From NCBI GenBank assembly GCA_963765675.1, contig CAVXXK010000001.1:384001-448000 (forward strand): 64,000 bases of DNA, written 5' to 3'. The position numbers were made by a program, and so were the translations under genes. The notes beneath the pieces are model-generated. The model was not told the DNA's origin. It searched no databases and saw only the letters and a program-made list of their open reading frames with translations. Of this stretch, positions 32,077 through 42,312 are shown piece by piece. Source of the DNA: an uncultured delta proteobacterium. Lineage in GTDB: Bacteria; Desulfobacterota; Binatia; Binatales; Binataceae. Each line of letters starts with the position of its first letter. The stretch's first letter is position 1.

Positions 32077-33724
32077 GATTGTAATTAGAGGCGGCACTAT
32101 TGTCGATGGAACCGGCGTGGAGCCATTCGCGGGCGACCTGGCAATCGACGACGGCCGAATCACCGAAATTGGCGCAAAGATCGGCAGCGGACGGCAGGTG
32201 ATCGACGCCGCGGGAATGGTCGTCTCGCCGGGATTTGTTGATATCCATACTCATCTCGATGCTCAGATCGGATGGGATCCATATCTCACGCCGGTGAGCT
32301 GGCACGGCGTTACCACTGCATTGATGGGTAACTGCGGCGTCACTTTCGCGCCGTGCAAACCCACTGATCGGGAGTTGCTCGCCGGGATGATGGAGACGGT
32401 CGAGGATATCCCACGCAACGCGATCCTCACCGGTCTGCCCTGGACGTGGGAAGACTACGGCGGGTATCTCGATTCGATCGAGAAGCTCAGGCCCGGGATC
32501 AACGTGGCCGGGATGGTCGGCCATTGCGCGGTGCGCTTTTACGTAATGGGTGAGCGCGCGGTCGAGGAACAGGCGACCGAAGCTGAGCGGCGCAGGATGG
32601 CCGAAATCGTAGGCGAGTCCATCGATCGCGGCGCGGTCGGGTTCTCGACCAATCGTCATCCGCCGCACAAGCTCCCCGACGGGCGGTCGATTCCTGGAAC
32701 CTTCGCTGATCCGATCGAGCTCGTCGATATCGCCGGCCAAGTCTGGTCGCGCGACGGCCTGGTTCAGTTCGTTGGTGACGACCCCAAAGCCCTCATGGCG
32801 ATCGTGAAAAGCGGCAGGGGCCGCTTCCTGTTCAGCTATGGCGCGGGCGAGGACGAGAGTTCCGGCACGCAACGGCGCGAGGTCCTTGACCGGCTATGCG
32901 CCGGGCGCGACATCACGGCGATCACTCAGGTGCGCGGCTCGGGCGGTATGTTTGGGCTGCAATCCCCGCAGCTGCCGCAATTGGGTGAAACTTGGAAACG
33001 CTTGCAGAAGATGGGATTCCCCGAACGCGTGTCCGCGCTGAATGATCCCGACTTGTGCGCCAAGCTGATTGAAGAAGGCCGCCGCCAGAATCCCACCCCG
33101 GCCGAGATGAAGTGGGTCTACTATCTGGGCGCGGGCACCTCGCCTGATTACAGAGATGCGCCGGAAAACAATCTGCTCGCGATTGCCGCCGCGGCCGGCG
33201 AGCACTGGTCGGAAACTTTCCTGCGGCTCTCGCGCGAGACCAAGGGCAAAGCGCTCTTCAATTTCATCATGCACAACCGCAACCTCAAGGCGCTGAGCGA
33301 GGTGATCAAGAGCGAGCACTGCTTCCCGGGCTTGGGCGATGCCGGCGCGCACGTCTCGCAAATGATCGACGCGGGATGGGCGAGTTTCGTGCTCTCTTAT
33401 TGGGTGCGCAAAACCGGCCTTTATTCGATCGCGGAAGCGATTCGCCGCATGACCTCGGGTCCCGCGCGAGTGATCGGGCTGAAAGATCGCGGGACGCTCG
33501 CGGTAGGCATGCGCGCTGACGTGAACGTGTTTGATGCGGACAAAGTCGCGGAGTTGCAGCCCGAGTTGGTGAACGATTTCCCAGGCGGCGCGCCGCGATG
33601 GACTCAGCGCTCGATCGGCTACAAGGCGACCATCGTAAACGGCAAGATAAACGTGCTCGACGGTCAACACACAGGAGCCCGCGCAGGCGAGGTGATCCGC
33701 CACGGTAAACCGGCCGCACGATGA
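32066..33724 (+). CDS. N-acyl-D-amino-acid deacylase-like amidohydrolase
   Basis: PGFVDIHTH, GNCG, DAGAH and DRGTLAVGMRAD motifs. Confidence 0.85.
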   Translation: MSHEIVIRGGTIVDGTGVEPFAGDLAIDDGRITEIGAKIGSGRQVIDAAGMVVSPGFVDIHTHLDAQIGWDPYLTPVSWHGVTTALMGNCGVTFAPCKPTDRELLAGMMETVEDIPRNAILTGLPWTWEDYGGYLDSIEKLRPGINVAGMVGHCAVRFYVMGERAVEEQATEAERRRMAEIVGESIDRGAVGFSTNRHPPHKLPDGRSIPGTFADPIELVDIAGQVWSRDGLVQFVGDDPKALMAIVKSGRGRFLFSYGAGEDESSGTQRREVLDRLCAGRDITAITQVRGSGGMFGLQSPQLPQLGETWKRLQKMGFPERVSALNDPDLCAKLIEEGRRQNPTPAEMKWVYYLGAGTSPDYRDAPENNLLAIAAAAGEHWSETFLRLSRETKGKALFNFIMHNRNLKALSEVIKSEHCFPGLGDAGAHVSQMIDAGWASFVLSYWVRKTGLYSIAEAIRRMTSGPARVIGLKDRGTLAVGMRADVNVFDADKVAELQPELVNDFPGGAPRWTQRSIGYKATIVNGKINVLDGQHTGARAGEVIRHGKPAAR

Positions 33725-33791
33725 TCGAGCTGGGACTCGTCAAACCAGCGCTCAAGTAACATCCGTCAAGGCGCAAGCCGCAGAGGTCTCG

Positions 33792-34679
33792 ATGGCTCGA
33801 AAAGGAAAGCAGGCGAACATCAGTTCGACGTTTGAAAGAATCCGTTACGAAAATCCCGCGCCGCATATTGCTCGCGTGGTGCTGGCCCGGCCCGAGCAGC
33901 GCAACGCGCAGGACCGCAAGATGCTCTACGAGATCGACCGCGCTTTTCGGATCGCGGTTGCCGATGACGACATCAAGGTGATCATCATATCCGCCGACGG
34001 CCCGCACTACTCATCCGGACATGATCTGAACGATCGCGCCGACCTGAACGACTTCGACACCGTGAGTCTGTGGGGCGGATTCGATGAAGAGGGTCAGGCC
34101 GGCATGATGAACGGCGAAGAAGAGATCTACCTCGGGTTTTGCTGGCGATGGCGCAATCTGCCCAAACCGACGATCGCGCAAGTCCATGGAAAAGTTATCG
34201 CCGGCGGCCTGATGCTGGTGTGGCCGTTCGATATCGTAGTCGCGAGCGAGGATGCGACCTTCTCTGACCCCGTGGTTGCCTTCGGCGTGAATGGCCACGA
34301 GTTTTTCGTTCACACCTGGGAGCTCGGCGCCCGCAAGGCTAAAGAGATGCTGTTCACGGGCGCCGCCTTGAGCGCTCAAGAGTGCCACCAACTCGGAATG
34401 GTCAATCTGGTGGTCCCTCGGTCGGATCTGGAGTCCGCCACCCTCGAACTGGCCGAGCGTATCGCCAAGCGTCCGGCGATTGGACTTAGACTGGCGAAGA
34501 TGGCCGTCAATCAAAGCCTCGACGCCCAAGGGCAGTGGACAGCGATCCAGGCGGCGTTCTCGCTTCATCACGTCGGACACGCCAACGCGAGAAGCAAGTA
34601 TGGCTACCCGGTCGAGCCGTCCGGAGCCGAACTGATTCGCGACGACGCAAAGGGCCGCAAGGCTAAAGGTGAGCGTTAG
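33792..34679 (+). CDS. Crotonase / enoyl-CoA hydratase family protein
   Basis: RPEQRNA, SSGHDL, PKPTIAQVHG, AGG and RKAKEMLFTG motifs. Confidence 0.87.
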   Translation: MARKGKQANISSTFERIRYENPAPHIARVVLARPEQRNAQDRKMLYEIDRAFRIAVADDDIKVIIISADGPHYSSGHDLNDRADLNDFDTVSLWGGFDEEGQAGMMNGEEEIYLGFCWRWRNLPKPTIAQVHGKVIAGGLMLVWPFDIVVASEDATFSDPVVAFGVNGHEFFVHTWELGARKAKEMLFTGAALSAQECHQLGMVNLVVPRSDLESATLELAERIAKRPAIGLRLAKMAVNQSLDAQGQWTAIQAAFSLHHVGHANARSKYGYPVEPSGAELIRDDAKGRKAKGER

Positions 34680-34681
34680 CC

Positions 34682-35494
34682 ATGGAGCGAACCTATGTGG
34701 TCACAGGCGCCGCGTCGGGCATCGGAGCCGCGACAGCGCTTTATCTTCGGGAGCGAGGAGACCGGGTCATCGTCTGCGATCTCCGCAATGCAGATGTCGT
34801 CGCAGATTTGACGACCACCGCAGGACGTGCCGAGTTGTTCGAAGGTGTCACGCGCCTGTCGGGAGGCAGGATTGACGGGATCGTCGCCAATGCCGGTGGC
34901 GGGCCGCCACAGACCAGCCTTTCGCTGAATTTCTTCGGCGCGGTGGCCACGCTCGAGGGCTTGCGCCCACTGCTTAAGGCCAGTTCTGCGCCTCGCGCCG
35001 TCGCGGTGTCGTCAATCGCCTCGTTTGGTCCTGCGGATCCAGGACTGGTCGCAGCTTGTCTGAGTATGGACGAACACGCAGCAAATGCGGCCGGGTGGGA
35101 GTTCGCCGCGAAAACTGCGCCCCTGGACAAGCTGACCACGGCCCAGGCGATAAAGATCGGTTTGGATCTGTATGGCGCTGCCAAGCATTCCTTGAACTGC
35201 TGGTGTCGAAGAGTCGCGGTGAAACCAGAGTGGGCTGGCGCCGGGATTCCGCTGAACGTGGTTGCTCCAGGATTTATCGACACGCCAGCGGCTTCATACA
35301 TCCTGTCAGATCCAGACCGGAGCGCGGCGATGGAGCGGATGGTGCCGATGCGCGGGGTCTATCCAGCGCGTCCAGAGCAGATGGCCGCGATCCTGGGCTG
35401 GTGCGTGAGCCCGGAAAATTCGCTGATGACGGGACAAATCCTCTTTGTGGATGGTGGCGCTGAGTGTCTGGCGCGCGGAGAGCGTGCCTGGTGA
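34682..35494 (+). CDS. SDR oxidoreductase (3-alpha-hydroxysteroid dehydrogenase-like)
   Basis: TGAASGIG, NAG, YGAAK, PG and VDGG motifs. Confidence 0.83.
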   Translation: MERTYVVTGAASGIGAATALYLRERGDRVIVCDLRNADVVADLTTTAGRAELFEGVTRLSGGRIDGIVANAGGGPPQTSLSLNFFGAVATLEGLRPLLKASSAPRAVAVSSIASFGPADPGLVAACLSMDEHAANAAGWEFAAKTAPLDKLTTAQAIKIGLDLYGAAKHSLNCWCRRVAVKPEWAGAGIPLNVVAPGFIDTPAASYILSDPDRSAAMERMVPMRGVYPARPEQMAAILGWCVSPENSLMTGQILFVDGGAECLARGERAW

Positions 35495-36996
35495 GCGTTG
35501 ATTCAAATTCAGGGCGCCCGCCGCTGACATTTTCGACCAATGTCTTGTACGGCGTCGGATCGGTCGCGTTTGGGGTGCACACGACCGCACTCTCGCTTTT
35601 GTTGCTGTTCTTCAACCAGGTCGTGGGACTGCCGGCGGCATGGGTGGGCACGGCGCTGATGATCACCCTGATGTTCGATGCGATCTGTGATCCGTTGATC
35701 GGGGAATGGTCGGATCACACGCGCTCGCGATGGGGCCGGCGGCATCCTTTCATGTACGCTTCCGCGGTCCCGGCCGCAGTCGCGTTCTATTTCCTGTTCG
35801 ATCCTCCGCTCGGATGGCCCAAAAGCTACCTGTTCGTGTACGTGGTCGCGATGCTGGTGATCGTGCGGGTGCTGCTGAGCCTGTATGAAATCCCCAGCTC
35901 TGCGCTGGGACCGGAACTCACCCTCGACTACGACCAGCGCACCGGCCTGATGAGTTCGCGATTTTTTTTCGGAGCCATCGGCGGCGCGGGGATGTCGATC
36001 CTCGCGTTCCAGGTCTTCCTGCGCAAGGACGCGACGCATCCGCTGGGCTTGCTCAACCGCGCGGGCTACAGCGAATACGCGCTGGTCGCGAGCATCGCGA
36101 TTTTCCTCTCGATCATGATCTCATGTCTGGGCACTCATCGCTTCATCGAGGCCCTGGTCCATACTCCGGTCATACGGGGCTCATGGCGCGAGAAGTTCCA
36201 CGAAGTCAGCGGCACGTTGACCAATCGATCATTTCTCGCGTTGATGATCGCGGGAGTAATCTCGGCCATTTCAGGCGGCCTCAGGCAGGGGCTCAGCATC
36301 TACATCGCAAATTATTTCTTTGAGCTGACGCCCGCCCAACTTTCGTACCTTGCGATGGTCGGGCTTTTGGCCGCGTTTGCCGGAGTTGCGTTCGCGCCGG
36401 CAATCTCAAAGCGGTTCGGGAAGAAGCCGACGATGATCGGCCTCTTTTTCGCCTCGCTATTCGCGTCAATCATACCGATCACGCTGCGTCTGCTCGACTT
36501 GGCGCCCCCCAACCGCACCGGCGGATTGCTGGCGCTCGTGATCGTCTTCGAGTTCATCGCCAGCACCCTCGGAATTGCCGGATTCATCATCGTGGCCTCG
36601 ATGATGTCAGACGTGGTCGAAGATGCGGCGGTGTCGACCGGACAGCGTTCGGAGGGGCTGCTGTTTGCGGCCAACGGTCTCATCTCGAAATGCGTCACCG
36701 GCGTTGGCATCTTCCTTTCCGGACTTATTCTCGCCTGGGTCAACTTTCCGCAGCATGCGGTGCAAGGCGGCGTGGACCCGGCGATTTTGCGCCACTTCGG
36801 CTTGATCTTCGTGGTGCTGGTGACGACGTTCAGCGCGATCGCGATCGCGGTCCTGCTGTTTTACAACATCGATCGCTCCAGGCATCAGCAAAATGTCGAG
36901 CGGCTGGAAAGCGCGGTTGAGTTTGATTCAGACGCTATCGCTAAGGGGAGCGCGCCCGGCGCCGAGAGCGTAGCCGCATCGGCGCAGATCCTGTGA
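35491..36996 (+). CDS. MFS transporter (GPH/MelB-like)
   Basis: FDAICDPLIG...SD..RSRWGRRHPF and R.EG motifs; about 12 TM segments. Confidence 0.87.
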   Translation: MSVDSNSGRPPLTFSTNVLYGVGSVAFGVHTTALSLLLLFFNQVVGLPAAWVGTALMITLMFDAICDPLIGEWSDHTRSRWGRRHPFMYASAVPAAVAFYFLFDPPLGWPKSYLFVYVVAMLVIVRVLLSLYEIPSSALGPELTLDYDQRTGLMSSRFFFGAIGGAGMSILAFQVFLRKDATHPLGLLNRAGYSEYALVASIAIFLSIMISCLGTHRFIEALVHTPVIRGSWREKFHEVSGTLTNRSFLALMIAGVISAISGGLRQGLSIYIANYFFELTPAQLSYLAMVGLLAAFAGVAFAPAISKRFGKKPTMIGLFFASLFASIIPITLRLLDLAPPNRTGGLLALVIVFEFIASTLGIAGFIIVASMMSDVVEDAAVSTGQRSEGLLFAANGLISKCVTGVGIFLSGLILAWVNFPQHAVQGGVDPAILRHFGLIFVVLVTTFSAIAIAVLLFYNIDRSRHQQNVERLESAVEFDSDAIAKGSAPGAESVAASAQIL

Positions 36997-37067
36997 TCCG
37001 CGACTGTTGAACCGGGGCGCGGATCCTCGTGAGGGAAAAATAGCTTTCGGAGAAGAGCGAATCGATC

Positions 37068-38012
37068 ATGGCATCAGCTACGCTCACGGTGCGCGAACTC
37101 AGAAAATCCTTCGGCGAGCGAATCGCCGTCGATCGAGTCAGCTTCGCGATCGATGCGGGTGAAGTTTACGGAATGCTCGGACCCAATGGTGCGGGCAAAA
37201 CCACGTCGATTTCGATGATCGCCGGAATCCTGGCGCGCGACGGCGGCGAAATAACTATCGACGGCATCGGCATCGACGCCGGTCCGCCGGCGCGCGCCCG
37301 GATCGGTATCGTCCCGCAGTCGATCACGATTTATCCGGACCTGACCGCGCGCGAGAACCTGAACTTCTGGGGACGAATGTACGATCTGAGCGGCGACCGG
37401 CTCAAAATTGCGGTGGACGCTGCACTGGGCGCTGTCGGCTTGACCCCGCGCGCCGACGATATTTCGAGCACGTTCTCGGGCGGCATGCAGCGCCGCTTGA
37501 ACCTGGCTTGCGGCATTCTGCATCAGCCCAAGCTCTTGATACTCGATGAGCCGACGGTCGGAGTTGATCCGCAGAGCCGCAGCGCAATCTTCGATCTGGT
37601 CGAACGCCTGCGCGATGAGGGAACGGCGATCCTCTATACCACTCACTACATGGAAGAAGCCGAGCGCCTATGTACCCGGATCGGCATTATCGACGCGGGC
37701 AAGCTTATCGCGGAAGGCACTCGCTCGGAGTTGGTCGCCAAGCTCGGCCACGATGCGCGGATCGAGATCGGTTTGGGTCGTGGCGAGAGACTCGAAGGCG
37801 CGATACCGGTGATCACCGCGCTCGAAGGGGTGCGCTCCGCGCAAGTGATTGATGAACGCCTGAGCGTGTCTGCCGACCGCGGGGCGTACCGGTTACCCGC
37901 GCTCTTATCGGCGCTCCTAAGCAAAGGCCTGGTCGCGGAAAGCATCAGGGTCGTCGAGCCGAATCTGGAAGATGTCTTTCTGTCGATGACGGGCCGCGCG
38001 CTGCGTGACTGA
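37068..38012 (+). CDS. ABC-2 type exporter ATP-binding protein
   Basis: GPNGAGKT, FSGGMQRR, LDEPT, THYMEEA and LEDVFL motifs. Confidence 0.9.
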   Translation: MASATLTVRELRKSFGERIAVDRVSFAIDAGEVYGMLGPNGAGKTTSISMIAGILARDGGEITIDGIGIDAGPPARARIGIVPQSITIYPDLTARENLNFWGRMYDLSGDRLKIAVDAALGAVGLTPRADDISSTFSGGMQRRLNLACGILHQPKLLILDEPTVGVDPQSRSAIFDLVERLRDEGTAILYTTHYMEEAERLCTRIGIIDAGKLIAEGTRSELVAKLGHDARIEIGLGRGERLEGAIPVITALEGVRSAQVIDERLSVSADRGAYRLPALLSALLSKGLVAESIRVVEPNLEDVFLSMTGRALRD

Positions 38013-38017
38013 CTCGT

Positions 38018-39133
38018 ATGCATTACGCATGGCAAATCTGTTTGAAGGATCTCCGCCAGCGATTTCGCGATCGCACCCTTCTGATTGTCGCTGTGATCGC
38101 CCCGCTGGCGCTGACCGGGCTAATCGGTCTGGCTCTAGGCGGATCGAGCAGCATTCGCATGCGCCTTGCGATCGCGAACCTCGACCACACTCAGCTCTCT
38201 CGCAGCTTCGTCGATTTCGTAAAGCGGCCGCCCCGTCCGCCACTGCGCGAGGAAATTGTTGTGCTCCCTATGAACTCGCGCTCGGCGGCCGAAGCCGCCA
38301 TCAAAGCACACGAGGTTGAATCCGGAGTGGTATTGGCTCCGGGTTTCGCGCAAGCGGCCCGAGCCGGCAATTCCGGATCGGTCGAGATCCTTGCCGCCGG
38401 CAACGAGCACTTCGCGATGATGATGACCGACGCACGGCTCCGTGATTTCCTGAACCGCGTCGCCGCCCAGTCCGACGGAGTCAGGATTGCCTCGGTAATA
38501 CCGCGTTCTCCTGGCGGCCTGCTCAGAGTCGTTGATTTCTTCGCGGCCTCGATGACGGTTCTGTTCCTGACTTTCGCTGTGCTCTCCGGCGTGCAGGCAA
38601 TGCGAGCGGAGGTAGACGACCGGACAATTTTGCGGCTGATGGCCTCGCCCGCCGAGCCGGCCGCGATACTCGCCGGGAAGTTCGGCGCACTCCTGGTGCT
38701 CGGACTTACCCAAATGATTGTAATGATCGCGGCGACGTCTGTGCTGTTCGGGACCAAATGGGGCAACCCGTTTCTGGTGGCGGCACTGGTCTTAACCAGC
38801 GTGCTGATGGCAATCGGGCTCACCGCGTTCCTGATGAGCCTGGCAAAGAACGCTGATCAAGGGACAGGGATAGCGGCGCTCGTGATCGCGTTGCTGTCGG
38901 TGGTGGGCGGCCAATTCCTTCCGCCGCACGGTCTTCCAGACGTGTTCGAGACGCTTACTCGTCTGACGCCGAACGGACAGGCATTTTATGGCTTTATCGA
39001 TCTGTCCGCCGCCGGGAGCCACGGCAGCCTTGGGACTATCGCACAACCCTTGTTGGTTACCGGACTCGTTGGGGTGGCAGGGATCGCGTTCGCCGCGTAC
39101 AGAGCGCGCTCGGCATTGCAGAGCATGACTTGA
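38018..39133 (+). CDS. ABC-2 type permease
   Basis: KDLRQRFRD N-terminus; one TM segment, periplasmic loop, then five TM segments. Confidence 0.82.
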   Translation: MHYAWQICLKDLRQRFRDRTLLIVAVIAPLALTGLIGLALGGSSSIRMRLAIANLDHTQLSRSFVDFVKRPPRPPLREEIVVLPMNSRSAAEAAIKAHEVESGVVLAPGFAQAARAGNSGSVEILAAGNEHFAMMMTDARLRDFLNRVAAQSDGVRIASVIPRSPGGLLRVVDFFAASMTVLFLTFAVLSGVQAMRAEVDDRTILRLMASPAEPAAILAGKFGALLVLGLTQMIVMIAATSVLFGTKWGNPFLVAALVLTSVLMAIGLTAFLMSLAKNADQGTGIAALVIALLSVVGGQFLPPHGLPDVFETLTRLTPNGQAFYGFIDLSAAGSHGSLGTIAQPLLVTGLVGVAGIAFAAYRARSALQSMT

Positions 39134-39137
39134 GAAT

Positions 39138-40221
39138 ATGCGAACCGGACTAAATGTTATCGCGGCAGCCTCCGCTGCCAACGGTGCCAGCACCAGGCGC
39201 AACCAGCGCAGGCTTGCAGCGCTGTTCCTGGTGCCTGCCGCCGTGATGGCGATCATCGGAATTGCGATGGGCGGTTACAGCGACCCGTCCATGGTCGTAG
39301 GCGTTCTCGATCGCGCGGGCACAAGCGCGAGCGGCTCGCTATCGGCAGCCATTCGCGGCCGATCAGCAGATGCGCATCCGCACGTACACCGATCAGGCGA
39401 AATTGCGCCTCGCCGTGTTCCGCGGCCGGCTGGACGCGGGGGTCATCATTCCGTCTGGGTGGCGAGTCACCGACGACCTCGAAGTTTACCTATCGCCCGC
39501 CAACGCTGAGGCGCCTGTGCTCGAGGCAATGATCAATGCCGACCTGAGCCGTCTCGCTCGCGGGACAAAACCGCCCGACGTAGCAGTCGTTTACCCGGGC
39601 GGCGGACGCGCAGAGGCTCCCCGGCTCGGCTTTCAGTACACCGCACCTGCGAATCTGGTGCTGTTCGTGATCATCAATGGATTCATCTCCGCACTCGCCA
39701 TCATTGAACTTCGCCGCAGCGGGCTTTCGCAGCGACTACTCGCCACCCCGGCGCGAACGTGGGAGCTGTTCGCGATGCTCACGGTCGGGCCGTTTCAACA
39801 GATGGTCGGGCAAGCGGTTTTCTTGATCCTCATGGCGTGGCTATTTTTCGGAGTCCACTGGGGCGATCCGCTCGGAGTCTTTATCCTGACCGCCGCATTG
39901 ATCTGTTTGGGCGTGTCGCTGGTCCTGTTCATGGGAACCATTTTCCGAAACTCCCAGCAGCCCGCTTCGTTGGGGCCGTGGCTCGGTGTGTTCCTCGGCA
40001 TGCTTGGCGGGTGCATGTGGCCGCTGGAGGTTGTCCCACCCATCATGAAGACCCTTGCATTTCTCTCGCCTGCCGCGTGGGCGATGGATGCGTATCTGGC
40101 ACTGATCTTCGGCCACGCCTCTGCTCGCGCAATCATGCCGGACGTAGCAGTCCTCTTACTATTTTCCGCAGCGCTGGCGATTGTGGGAGCGTTGCGGCTT
40201 CGTCCCCAGCTTTCGAGATGA
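39138..40221 (+). CDS. ABC-2 type permease; +1 indel near 39354
   Basis: ORFs 39138-39509 and 39370-40221 join; RLLATP and LGGCMWPLE motifs. Confidence 0.75.
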
Positions 40222-40265
40222 CGGTCAACCCAAGGAATTCAGATGAAGATGAGGATCTTTAATCA

Positions 40266-42140
40266 ATGAACAGAAGAGCGTTCTTGAAAACAATCGGATC
40301 GGCGGCGGTGCTTCTGCCGATTTTGCCACGCCGCCTTTGGGCGGCTACTACGAATTTCAGCCGGCGCCGTCCTTCCGATGCCGCGTGGCCGTCGCAGGCG
40401 GCGTGGAAGCAACTGAGTGATGCGGTCGGCGGAAATCTGATTCCAGTAAACTTTCCGCTTTCGGCATCTGATCCGACGGCCTCCGCGGCCGCGCTTAGCT
40501 CGAAGGATCTGAAGAATCCATATTATATCGGCGATCAGCCGGGCCTCACCGAGACCTTGGGGTGGGTTGACGCATGGGCCACCAAACCAAGCGCCTATGC
40601 CGTCGCGGCAAGAAATGCCAACGACATCGCAGCAGCGGTGAACTTTGCCCGCGACAATAATTTGCGCCTGGTGGTCAAGGGAGGAGGCCATAGCTACCAG
40701 GGCACCTCGAATGCGCCCGATTCACTTCTGATCTGGACCCGGCATATGAACGATATCGAGATGCATCCGGCATTCGTCCCGCAGGGATGCGAGCAAACCA
40801 TGCAGCCGCAACCGGCTGTGACGCTCGGCGCGGGAACCATCGACATCCAGGCCTACGAAGCGGTTACGACCAAGGGCGGGAGATACGTCCAAGGAGGAGG
40901 CTGCCTGACCGTAGGGCTGGCGGGCCTGGTTCAAGGTGGCGGGTTCGGTAGTTTCTCGAAGCACTATGGTTCGGCCTCGGGAAACCTGCTCGAAGCCGAA
41001 GTAGTCACGGCCGACGGCCAGATACGCATCGCGAATGCATGCACAAATCCGGATCTGTTCTGGGCGCTGAAAGGCGGCGGGGGCGGCAGCTTCGGCGTGG
41101 TGAGCAAGTTGACGGTACGCACCCACGATCTTCCCGAATTCTTCGGCTCCGCCAGCTTCAAAGTCAAAGCCCCGTCGGATGATGCCTACCGCAGCCTGAT
41201 CCGCGAGTTCATAAGCTTCTACAAGGAGCATCTCTTCAACGACCATTGGGGAGAGCAGGTCCAGTTCAGCCCCGACAATACGCTCGAAATCAGCATGGTC
41301 TCTCAAGGATTGAGCGCGGAGCAGCCGAAACAGATCTTCCAGCCATTTCTCGACTGGGTCGCGCATTCATCCAACGGATGTTCGCTTGAAGGGCGGACAC
41401 CTTTCGCGAGCATACCGGCCCGGCACTTCTGGGACCCGCAGTGGTGGAAAGAGCATTGGCCGGAAGCCGCTTTTCCTCGAAATGGCAGTATCTTGCACGC
41501 GCTGCTTGACGATGTCCTGGTAAAAGTGATTCCGCAGCCTGTTTTGGACTTCGACCCTCGGCCCGGCCCGAGCTCTGAGAACGCATGGTGGAAGGGGAAC
41601 ACGGGGGAGTGCGGCTGGTTCATTTGGGGGTACGAGTCGCTTTGGATACCCGCGTCGCTGCTCGAGAGTGACGCGCAGGCTCGTCTCGTCGACGCGTTGT
41701 TTGCAGGCTCCCGGATTTCTGGATTGAGCCTGCACTTAAACAAGGGACTCGCCGGTGCGCCGCCCGACGCGATCGCCGGGGCCAGAGACACCGCAATGAA
41801 TCCAGCGGTGCTGAGCGCCTTCGCGCTCGCGATCGTGGCCGACGGTCAGGATCCCGCCTACCCTGGAATTCCGGGGCATGAGCCGTCGGTGGCGGAGGGA
41901 AGAGAAGCCGCGAAGCGCATTGATCAATGCGTCAATCAACTTCGAGCCGTCACGGGAGAAACCGGAGCCTACTGGGCTGAGAGTAATTATTTCGAGAAGG
42001 GATGGCAGCAGGCGTACTGGGGCAGCAACTATTCTCGCCTCGCTGAAATCAAGAAAAAATACGATCCCGACGGGCTGTTCTTCGTCCATAACGGAGTTGG
42101 TTCGGAACAGTGGACTACGGACGGCTTCACCAAGCTATGA
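40266..42140 (+). CDS. Tat-exported FAD-binding oxidoreductase (BBE/VAO family), copy A
   Basis: NRRAFLK Tat motif; KGGGHS (covalent-FAD His), GGGC, DLFWALKGGGG and YWGSNY.RL..IK.KYDP BBE tail. Confidence 0.9.
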   Translation: MNRRAFLKTIGSAAVLLPILPRRLWAATTNFSRRRPSDAAWPSQAAWKQLSDAVGGNLIPVNFPLSASDPTASAAALSSKDLKNPYYIGDQPGLTETLGWVDAWATKPSAYAVAARNANDIAAAVNFARDNNLRLVVKGGGHSYQGTSNAPDSLLIWTRHMNDIEMHPAFVPQGCEQTMQPQPAVTLGAGTIDIQAYEAVTTKGGRYVQGGGCLTVGLAGLVQGGGFGSFSKHYGSASGNLLEAEVVTADGQIRIANACTNPDLFWALKGGGGGSFGVVSKLTVRTHDLPEFFGSASFKVKAPSDDAYRSLIREFISFYKEHLFNDHWGEQVQFSPDNTLEISMVSQGLSAEQPKQIFQPFLDWVAHSSNGCSLEGRTPFASIPARHFWDPQWWKEHWPEAAFPRNGSILHALLDDVLVKVIPQPVLDFDPRPGPSSENAWWKGNTGECGWFIWGYESLWIPASLLESDAQARLVDALFAGSRISGLSLHLNKGLAGAPPDAIAGARDTAMNPAVLSAFALAIVADGQDPAYPGIPGHEPSVAEGREAAKRIDQCVNQLRAVTGETGAYWAESNYFEKGWQQAYWGSNYSRLAEIKKKYDPDGLFFVHNGVGSEQWTTDGFTKL

Positions 42141-42154
42141 TTTCGACGCGAACA

Positions 42155-42290
42155 ATGAACCGAAGAGCATTCTTGAAAACCCTCGGATCGGCGACGGTGC
42201 TCCTGCCGATTTTGCCACGCCGCCTTTGGGCGGCAACTGCGAATTTCCGCCGATGCCGCCCGTCCGATGCCGCGTGGCCATCGCCAGCGA
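42155..42290 (+). pseudogene. Truncated 5' fragment of a third BBE oxidoreductase
   Basis: MNRRAFLKTLGSATVLLPILPRRLWAATANFRRCRPSDAAWPS is near-identical to the copy A N-terminus, then homology stops. Confidence 0.85.
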
Positions 42291-42312
42291 CCGGTCGGGA
42301 GATGGCGCTCAA

